The notes beneath the pieces were generated by a model. The model was not told the origin of the DNA. It saw only the letters and a program-made list of their open reading frames with translations, and did not search any database. Below, piece by piece: positions 35,514 through 42,965 of a stretch of 64,000 nt of DNA (the first letter of the stretch is position 1; each line of letters opens with the position of its first letter). The stretch is from contig DATHZQ010000014.1 of NCBI GenBank assembly GCA_035458525.1, positions 2,860 through 66,859 of the forward strand. The letters are read 5' to 3'. Position numbers and translations under genes: made by a program. This stretch comes from Acidimicrobiia bacterium (lineage in GTDB: Bacteria; Actinomycetota; Acidimicrobiia; Spongiisociales; UBA5794).

Positions 35514-35534
35514 GCGGGCTACCGTACACATCGC

Positions 35535-36317
35535 ATGACGAGCCAGTCAATCAATTCTGGGCCTCAGACCGTTGTCGCCGTCGAGCGAGCGTTCTCGATC
35601 CTGCAGACGATCGCTGCGGAGCAGCAGAGCATGGGCATCAGTGCCATTGCCCGCTCTACAGGACTGGCCAAGAGCACGGTGTCGCGCCTGCTGACCACGC
35701 TCGACCAGCTGGGCATGGTCGAGCGGATCGGCGTTGACGGTCGCTACCAGCTGGGACCCGGTCTGACCGTGCTGACGCCACGCTCGACGTCATCCCTCGT
35801 TGATCTCGCACGGCCTCACCTGCGGGCGCTCGTGGACGAAGTGGGTGAAGACGCCGGTCTCGCCGTGAGCGACGGCGTCGACGTGCTGTACGTCGACCAA
35901 GTGCAAGGTCCGGGTGCCGTGCAGGTACAGGATTGGACCGGGCACCGGCTGCCGGCCCATGCCGTTGCCGCCGGGTACGTGCTGATGCGCAGCTGGTCGG
36001 TGGAGAAGCTGGATGTCTTCCTGGCGGGCACGCTCGAGCCGCTGGCGCTGCGCACGGTGGTCGACCCGGACGAGATCCGCCGGCGGGTGGCCACGTGGTC
36101 CGGCTACGTGTGGACCCGTCTCGAGTACGCCGACGATGTCAACGGTGCAGCAGCGCCGATCTACGGGGCCGACGGGAGCATCTTGGCTGCGGTCAACCTG
36201 TACGGTCCCTCGTACCGCTTCCCTGGTGAGCGGTCCGAGACTGCGATCGGTGCCCTCCTCGCAGAAGCCGGCCGCAAGATCTCCCAGCATCTGGTGACAC
36301 TCTCGACGGAGGGTTGA
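35535..36317 (+). CDS. IclR-family transcriptional regulator
   Basis: ATG 35535 (MTSQSINSGPQTVVAVERAFSILQTIAAEQQSMGISAIARSTGLAKSTVSRLLTTLDQLGMVER...). wHTH plus IclR effector domain, 260 aa. Track ORF 34428..36317 is a 5'-extended artefact. Confidence 0.85.
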   Translation: MTSQSINSGPQTVVAVERAFSILQTIAAEQQSMGISAIARSTGLAKSTVSRLLTTLDQLGMVERIGVDGRYQLGPGLTVLTPRSTSSLVDLARPHLRALVDEVGEDAGLAVSDGVDVLYVDQVQGPGAVQVQDWTGHRLPAHAVAAGYVLMRSWSVEKLDVFLAGTLEPLALRTVVDPDEIRRRVATWSGYVWTRLEYADDVNGAAAPIYGADGSILAAVNLYGPSYRFPGERSETAIGALLAEAGRKISQHLVTLSTEG

Positions 36318-36440
36318 GCCGACGATCCGCGGCCTTCGACGCGGAGCCGTGTAGGCGTCGACCCTTGTGCGAGTGATTCGTGTATCAGACGCGCGGTTCG
36401 GTCGTCCCTTTCACGACCGCCCGCCGCGAAGGGATCTGTC

Positions 36441-37620
36441 ATGACGATCCGGTACCGACGCAACATCGACTGTCTTTCTCAGAATCAGCTACACGATCTA
36501 CGCGAGGCGTATCAGGGGCTCTACGACATGCCGGAGGTGGCAGCCGACAGCTTCGCCACGTTGGGCGGTATCCATGGACTTCCGAGCCCGACTTGGTGCG
36601 ACCACGGGGATCCGGGATTCCTGACGTGGCATCGGGCGTACATGCGTGCGTTCGAGAAGGCGCTGCAGTGCGTCGACTCAGATGTGATGTTGCCGTTCTG
36701 GGATTGGTCGAGCGGGCCTTCCACAGGGTTCCGGTGGCGTGCTCCGCCCTACCTATGTCAATCGGAACGGCAACGAAGTGCCCAAACCGCTCCATAGCGG
36801 CCCGATCGCTGCTGGAGCCGGAGGGGGAGCGACGGCTCGGCGGCCCGACATCGCGACGACTTCGTTCGCGGGCCTGGCGGCCTCGGCCCAGTCTGCACTG
36901 GCGGCCTCTGACCTTGCGACCTTCCAGACAGACATCAACGGACCGCATGGTTGGGTGCATGGCCTCGTTGGAGGGCAAATGGGGTCTGTTGCGTATGCGG
37001 GGTTCGATCCGATCTTCTTCCTTCACCATTGCAACGTCGACCGTCTCTGGTGGAATTGGCAGCGCGCAAATCCCGGCGCATCGCTTCCGGCCAACGAGGC
37101 GGTCCACCAGCTGGCTCCGTTCAATCGACCATTCAGCACCGACTGGTACGTCGGAGCCGACGTGGAATCCACCGATGACCTCGGCTACCGCTATCTCAAC
37201 TGGTGCCTCTTCATCCCGCCCATCCTGATCTGGGAAGTTCTCGTGGTGAAGCTTCCCCCCGTGATGCGCCACAGTCTGCGCAGTGCCCGGCTCGTGCCGC
37301 ATTCCCCGCACATGCCGAGAGACTCGGTTGAGTTCCGCGTCTTCGCCAACCAACCTCGGGCCTCACATCGTTCGAAGATCGAGGGCAATCCCTCCTTCGT
37401 CGGTTCGATCGGCACCTTCGGCATGGATCCGGTCAAGATGGAGTCCCGCTCGACGAGTACGACGTTCGACCTCGGCATCAATCTCACCGAGCATGTGATG
37501 GCAGCGCTCGCCGATGAGGCCGACGAGCTGAAGCTGAAGATCGTGGCGGTCAATCCCGACGGTGAACCAATCGACGCCGAGCGGCTTGACGTCGACGAGA
37601 TCGAGCTGATCTTCGAGTAG
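36441..37620 (+). pseudogene. Tyrosinase / polyphenol oxidase (type-3 copper) interrupted by a frameshift near 36720-36790
   Basis: The CuA half is in frame 3 (36441-36797: ...HGLPSPTWCDHGDPGFLTWHRAYMRAFE...LPFWDW). The CuB half and C-terminal domain are in frame 1 (36739-37620: ...GPHGWVHGLVGG...DPIFFLHHCNVDRLWWNWQ). The two ORFs overlap and need a net +1 shift to join. Confidence 0.7.
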
Positions 37621-38094
37621 GGGAGGCGAGGCTCCGCAGTTCGCCGGGCGACCGGCGATCGGCTCCGGGTAGCCGCCTGCTCACACCACGATCGGACATG
37701 CGCCACACTCGACGTCGGATCGGAGCCCAGGAAGAGATGTCGCGTGAGGCGCTCGTTCCGGATCGCGGCGCCTGATCCGATCTCGCTGTGCTGAACTTGG
37801 GGTTCGGCGGCGGCGCACAGGTGAAGCTGATGAGGAGAGATGTGAAGTGGGCGAGCTGAATATCCCCCTCGACGGTGAGGTTTGGACGGTCCGCCTGCTC
37901 CGAACAGCAGGGGCCGAGAAGCGGCGATCGGGGAAGGTACGCGGCGTGCCTGCGTGGGAAAGGGGAGAGGGAGACCATTCGGTGTGGTGGCGGAGCGTCT
38001 GGCGGACGTTGTTCGAGGGTCAGCGGCTTGCGAGCAACGGCGCGGCGTTGTTGGTGTCGGCACGCTCCGAGCGGGTTGGGCCAGAGGCCGGACA

Positions 38095-39426
38095 GTGAGT
38101 GGCCCCTTCGGCGACTCGCTGATCACTGGGAGACACCGCGCCAAGATCGGAGCGCATCAGCGGGCGTCCGAGGAGACTCTGGCGGCGGCTCGGCTCAACC
38201 TCCACATGCTCGGACCCGGCGAGCCGGCGCTCTCGGAGTGGGCGGCGGCCGGTTTGTCGACGCCTGATCTCGATGCGATCCGCTCATACCGGTTGGAGCG
38301 AGTCCGCCGCCAACTCGTCGGGATGGACTACGCCGGCGTGCTGCTCTACGACCCCGTCAACATTCGCTACGCAACCGACAGCACGAACATGCAGTTGTGG
38401 GTGGCGCACAACCCGACTCGGTACGCCCTGGTGCTCGCAGATGGACCGGTGATCGTTTGGGATTACATGACCTCGGAGCACCTGTCGGCGCACCTCGACC
38501 TGGTCGACGAGATGCGGACCGCTGTCCAGTGGATGTATCAGTTTGCCGGTGCCGAGACCGAGCGCAATCTTGCCCGCTGGGCGGCGGAGATCGCCGACAT
38601 CGTCGACACCTACGGCGGCGGCAACCGCCGGCTGGCCATCGACCGGGCCAACCCCGTTGCGATCCTCGCGCTCGATCGGCTCGGCATCGACGTACGCAAC
38701 GGTGAGGAGGTGATGGAGCTGGCCCGTGCCGTGAAGTCAGCGGACGAGATCGTGGCGATGCGCTGCGCCATCCACGCCTGCGAGACTGCGATGGACAAGA
38801 TGTACGAGGCCCTGGCCCCGGGGATGACCGAGAACGAGGTGTGGGCGGTCCTCCATGCCGAGAACATCATCCGTTTCGGAGAGTGGATCGAGACCCGGCT
38901 GCTGTCCAGCGGACCGCGAACCAATCCCTGGTTCCAGGAGAGCTCGAGCCGCGTGATCGAGGCGGGCGACATCGTCGCCTTCGACACGGATCTCATCGGT
39001 GCGTACGGCTATTGCGTCGACATCTCCCGGACGTGGATCGCCGGCAGAATGGCGCCCACGCCGCACCAGCGAGACGCTTGGGAGCGAGCCGCAGAGCAGA
39101 TCCGGCACAACACGGACCTTCTCGGGCCCGGCGTGACGTTGAAGGAGCTCACGTTCGGAGCGATGGAGCAGGATACGGACCAGTTTCGCCGCTACTCGGT
39201 GCAGTACCACGGCGTCGGCTTGGCGGACGAGTGGCCGAGCGTGTACTTCCGTGACTCATGGGACGAGGTCGGCGTCGACGGCGTCTTGCAGCCCGGCCAG
39301 GTGATCTGCGTCGAGGCCTACGTCGGCCGTCGCGACAGGCCCGAGGGTGCCAAACTCGAGGAGCAGGTGCTCATCACCGAGACCGGCCGGCAGGTGCTCT
39401 CGACGTATCCGCTGGAGCTTGGCTAG
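38095..39426 (+). CDS. M24-family metallopeptidase-fold enzyme, DddP-like (DMSP lyase-like) / creatinase-like
   Basis: Candidate start GTG 38095; ATG 38206 is an alternative. LLYDPVNIRYATDSTNMQLWVAHNP...VWDY, ...SADEIVAMRCAIHACE..., ...FDTDLIGAYGYCVDISRTW..., ...YHGVGLADEWP..., ...KLEEQVLITETG. This is the pita-bread fold with metal ligands and resembles DddP as I recall it. Confidence 0.7.
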   Translation: MSGPFGDSLITGRHRAKIGAHQRASEETLAAARLNLHMLGPGEPALSEWAAAGLSTPDLDAIRSYRLERVRRQLVGMDYAGVLLYDPVNIRYATDSTNMQLWVAHNPTRYALVLADGPVIVWDYMTSEHLSAHLDLVDEMRTAVQWMYQFAGAETERNLARWAAEIADIVDTYGGGNRRLAIDRANPVAILALDRLGIDVRNGEEVMELARAVKSADEIVAMRCAIHACETAMDKMYEALAPGMTENEVWAVLHAENIIRFGEWIETRLLSSGPRTNPWFQESSSRVIEAGDIVAFDTDLIGAYGYCVDISRTWIAGRMAPTPHQRDAWERAAEQIRHNTDLLGPGVTLKELTFGAMEQDTDQFRRYSVQYHGVGLADEWPSVYFRDSWDEVGVDGVLQPGQVICVEAYVGRRDRPEGAKLEEQVLITETGRQVLSTYPLELG

Positions 39427-40223
39427 CGCAACGTTGGTCCCTCGGTCGCGTTCGCACGCTCGAGACCAGCGATGCGTCCCCTGAGACCGAGCCTCTCGAA
39501 GTGAATCCCCTTCTCGGTGCAGTCAGCGCTGCGCCAGGAGGCCGTTGCGCCCGTGAGAAGTTCATACGCAGCAAGGAGCTGGTCGCAGCTGGTATCTGAG
39601 ACACGGGGCGTGACGAGCTGATCCATGAGCGCCCAAGCTATGATTTCGGCGGCGTACTCGCTTCCATTCTCATGGCGCAGTTCCGCACTGCTCCACCGTT
39701 CGAGCTGGAACTCGGCGATGAAGGCTCGTTCGGCCGAGTCGGTGACGTGCTCCAACATCCAGGCGTGGGCGAGTTCATGAAGAATCACGTTCCGCACTGT
39801 TGCGGGACGTTCCTCCGTTTGCTCGGCGGTGAAGCAGATTTCGATGTCGACAACACCCTGGCGACTGAGAGTCTTGCCCGCAAAGGCATGTTGGCACGAG
39901 GTCGGAGAGGGGAAGGTGATGCTCGAGAAATCTGGTCGTTCCAGTCCCGACTCCTCGAACCGGCCGATCGACCACGCAACCATGGCTTGTTGTGTGGGAT
40001 CGGCGTGATGAATCACCGCCGTGCCGTCCGCAATACTCGCAAAGGGGCTGTCACGCGAGCGTCGATGGCCCCGAATGCCTTCATGGGGCTGTGCGTCTTC
40101 GCGGGCCTCGAATACGGAAGGGGGGCGCTCGGCCGTGGCCGACCGCTCGGTGGATTCGGTGCCGCACGAAGAAACCAAGAGCAGGCAACCCATCGAAATG
40201 GAGAGCGCCCGTCGAGCGTGCAC
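39423..40223 (-). CDS. Putative secreted lipoprotein with HExxH zinc-metalloprotease motif
   Basis: Signal/lipobox MHARRALSISMGCLLLVSSCG. HELAHAW motif (VILHELAHAWMLEH). 266 aa, no closer family recognised. Its stop overlaps the convergent M24 gene stop (CTAG). Confidence 0.55.
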   Translation of the reverse strand: MHARRALSISMGCLLLVSSCGTESTERSATAERPPSVFEAREDAQPHEGIRGHRRSRDSPFASIADGTAVIHHADPTQQAMVAWSIGRFEESGLERPDFSSITFPSPTSCQHAFAGKTLSRQGVVDIEICFTAEQTEERPATVRNVILHELAHAWMLEHVTDSAERAFIAEFQLERWSSAELRHENGSEYAAEIIAWALMDQLVTPRVSDTSCDQLLAAYELLTGATASWRSADCTEKGIHFERLGLRGRIAGLERANATEGPTLR

Positions 40224-40346
40224 AAGAGCACCTCTTCACCTCCGTTCTGGGAGCGACCGCGCCGTCCTCGCCCGGCGCGATCGTCCCCTGCGTCGGCCTA
40301 CGAGAGCGTTGATTCTGCGTTTCGTCCGACCAGGTAGCGTTGCCGA

Positions 40347-40685
40347 ATGTCTGACAAACCTTCGGCAACCGTGATGTTGGATGTCGAGAGCGAGGTCGAG
40401 GTCCCGGCCGACGGCACGCTCAGCCGGGTGCTGTACCGGGACGAGACCATTCGTGTTGTGGCGTTCGCCTTCGACGAGGGTCAAGAGCTCACCGACCATA
40501 CGGCGGCGAGGCCCGCCATCGTGCAGGTCGTGTCAGGTCGGATCCGGCTCGACCTCGACGGCGACCCGGTCGAGCTCGAGCCCGGATCGTGGGTTCGGAT
40601 GGCTGCCGGTCTGACCCACGCGGTCCTGGCTCTTGAACCGAGCGTGATGCTCCTCACGTTGGTAGGAACCCCAGTGGCGAGCTGA
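40347..40685 (+). CDS. Cupin-domain protein
   Basis: 112 aa. ...VVAFAFDEGQELTDHTAARPAIVQVVSGRIRLDLDG...PGSWVRMAAGLTHAVLA is a cupin_2-type two-motif pattern. Confidence 0.65.
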   Translation: MSDKPSATVMLDVESEVEVPADGTLSRVLYRDETIRVVAFAFDEGQELTDHTAARPAIVQVVSGRIRLDLDGDPVELEPGSWVRMAAGLTHAVLALEPSVMLLTLVGTPVAS

Positions 40686-40739
40686 GCGCTGACCCCATCG
40701 ATCCCCAGAGGTGTCGCGCCCGTCCCCACGCATCTTGGA

Positions 40740-42506
40740 TCAGGGTCGAGATGTCAGGTCGATCGTGAGCGACGACTGCCCCGGATCTCGCCATCGCGCC
40801 TGCATACCTTGCTCCTCTGCTGCGGCGATCGCGGCGTCCCGCTGCAGGCGGTAGCGCTCGTTCCGATGCTCCCGCCGAGTGAAGTACGCCTCGTACCCGT
40901 CGTCATCACGGGCCTCGGCTAGCTGCTCGATGACGTTGGGTGACGGCAGCATGTGGCGGTCGTTGCACTGGAAGAGGTAGCGGTTCGCCTTCATCGCCTC
41001 GAAGAAGCTGGTGTCGACGTTGTGCTTGCTGCCGTAATGCGGCACCGTGAGCAGATCGAGTGGTGATCCATCGAGACGATCCAACAAGCCGGCCTGGGCG
41101 GCGGCAGGGATGAGATCTTCGCCGGCGGCGTCGGACGTCAGCAGCGCCTTCCGGCTCGAATATTCCAGGAGCACCACGATGCTTGCCCGGTTTCGGTGGC
41201 TTGCTTCGATGCTCGCGCCGGGATCGAGGTCCGGGACTCGGACAGGTTGGGGGAGGAGGTAGATCTCGCGGCTCGACACGGTCTCGATGGCGTCTGCGGC
41301 AATGGGGACGTCGGGCAGCTCCCGCCCGTTGCGCTCCATGGCCTTGGCCACCTCACGGATCCAGTAATCGGCGAATGCACCTCGCGGCCCGAGGACAGTG
41401 AGAACGAGGCCTCCCTCGAGTTCAACCTGAGGAGCGCCGACTCGAGGCTGGCTCACAAAGCGATCGAATGGCTCGTTGACCGGGAGACCCAGCCGGCGGG
41501 CGAGGTGGGGGACCTGCAATGCGCTCATCACCGGTTGGGCGTCGGGATCGTAGGTATCGAAAGGGTCGAAGGTGTTGGTCCAGAAGCGGCGGATGTCAAT
41601 ATGGGGGCCGTCACCCTCGAGCATCTCGCCCAGCAGCCGCTGGATCCCCCCGGATTCTCCTTCGTCGGCTTGAGTAGAGATGATCGCCGCCAGTTCGAGG
41701 CGTCCGTCGGAGCCGTGCTCGGCTGCCAGCTCAGTCAGCCGCGGCCGCAGGCGCCTGGCGTACGTCGCCCGCGGTCCACCATCGATCAGGATGAATCGGC
41801 GTTCGGCCGCCGTGCCGTAATGCACCAGCAAGGAGCTCCCGTACGGCAGGTCCAGCGCTTCGATCGCAAAGACTGGCTGCCGAGTGCGTGCTCCGGCAAC
41901 TGCCGGTTCCGGCCGCTGAGGACCGCGATTCCGCAGTGCGGTGGTGCGATCCGCCAAGTCGGTCATCTGGGCGCGATACTTGCGCACCAGCATCGCGATC
42001 TCCGGGTCGTCACCGCGTTCCACTTCCAGCCGCAACGCCTCGGCTTTGTTGAGCGCAGCGAGCGCGTCGAGCCGGGCTACCTCCGCATCGTGCAGCAGCG
42101 CCATGGTGCGCTCGAGCTCCAGATACCGCACGCTGGTTTCTGCCAGTGCGACCCCTGCGGTGATTCGGGCGATGGCGCGCTCGCGCTCGACGGGGTCTTG
42201 AGACCAGTTGACCCACTGTGCATTGGGCCAGCGATCACCGACCGGCTCCGGCAGCGGCGCCTTGGCAGGGTCGCCGGCGTTGATGATGATCGGTGCGATG
42301 TCCGGCCGGTAGGAGAGCCACCACTCGATCTCGTCGAAGAGAAAGTCGACTCCATCTCGTCGTGATGCTGTGCCCGGCGAGCACACCAGGATGAAAGCGC
42401 GTGCCGTCCTCAGCTCGCCATCCCAAATCTGTTGCCAATCTCCGACTGCCGCTGCCGCTTGATCCCAGTATGTGGTGAGCGTGGCTTCCTGTCCGTCCAG
42501 TGCCAT
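40740..42506 (-). CDS. TIR-like / coiled-coil / metallo-beta-lactamase-fold (ComEC-type, eroded HxHxDH) protein; coordinates are from the first canonical ATG, and the TIR-like sequence continues upstream (see finding)
   Basis: The N-terminal part (ARAFILVCSPG...DFLFDEIEWWL) matches the distal half of a TIR domain. The middle is Ala/Arg/Glu-rich helical. The C-terminus reads FAIEALDLPYGSSLLVHYG...RFILIDGGP...IISTQADEGESGG...LLTSDA...LLTVPHYGSKHN, an MBL-fold order. Confidence 0.6.
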   Translation of the reverse strand: MALDGQEATLTTYWDQAAAAVGDWQQIWDGELRTARAFILVCSPGTASRRDGVDFLFDEIEWWLSYRPDIAPIIINAGDPAKAPLPEPVGDRWPNAQWVNWSQDPVERERAIARITAGVALAETSVRYLELERTMALLHDAEVARLDALAALNKAEALRLEVERGDDPEIAMLVRKYRAQMTDLADRTTALRNRGPQRPEPAVAGARTRQPVFAIEALDLPYGSSLLVHYGTAAERRFILIDGGPRATYARRLRPRLTELAAEHGSDGRLELAAIISTQADEGESGGIQRLLGEMLEGDGPHIDIRRFWTNTFDPFDTYDPDAQPVMSALQVPHLARRLGLPVNEPFDRFVSQPRVGAPQVELEGGLVLTVLGPRGAFADYWIREVAKAMERNGRELPDVPIAADAIETVSSREIYLLPQPVRVPDLDPGASIEASHRNRASIVVLLEYSSRKALLTSDAAGEDLIPAAAQAGLLDRLDGSPLDLLTVPHYGSKHNVDTSFFEAMKANRYLFQCNDRHMLPSPNVIEQLAEARDDDGYEAYFTRREHRNERYRLQRDAAIAAAEEQGMQARWRDPGQSSLTIDLTSRP

Positions 42507-42965
42507 TGGTCGGCCGTCGAGGTTCTCGAAGAGCCACTCTGCGCACTCGCTACCTTCGGGGCCTTTGTCGTTCCCCTGGCGATAGGCGATGAAGATTGCG
42601 ACCTCTTGATCGTCGGTTTGTGTCGAATCAGCCGTCGCAGACTCCTCCGTACTTGGTGTCAGGCTAGGTCGAGGAGAACGCCGCAGGGCCGGTGACGCGC
42701 CGGCCCTGGCCTGCCACCGGCAGGCAACTGGCGCTCAGGTGTCCGCACACCCCGGCACGCCCAGCAATAGTGGGTCGTCGAGGGGCTCGCACGCCAGGCT
42801 TCATCCACACCGCCAGCCTCTGGTCCCGGACCTCAGCGGTCTGCGGTTCGAGCTCGCAGATCGTGGGCGTCGTTCGTCCAGCATCTCGATGCTCGGCGTC
42901 GCGCGGAACGATCATCCGCAGCTCGCTCAACCAACCCAGAGAGGACTCGATACGATGACACGGGT

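Noticed and set aside
34428-36317. 629-aa plus-strand ORF
   Set aside because: The first ~369 codons are antisense to the BBOX gene and look non-protein-like. Only the last 260 codons (from ATG 35535) form an IclR regulator.
37191-38144. 317-aa minus-strand ORF filling the long gap upstream of the M24 gene
   Set aside because: Ser/Pro/Arg/Thr-rich and partly antisense to the tyrosinase 3' end. No motifs and no plausible RBS. Judged a shadow ORF, so the region is treated as a long leader instead.
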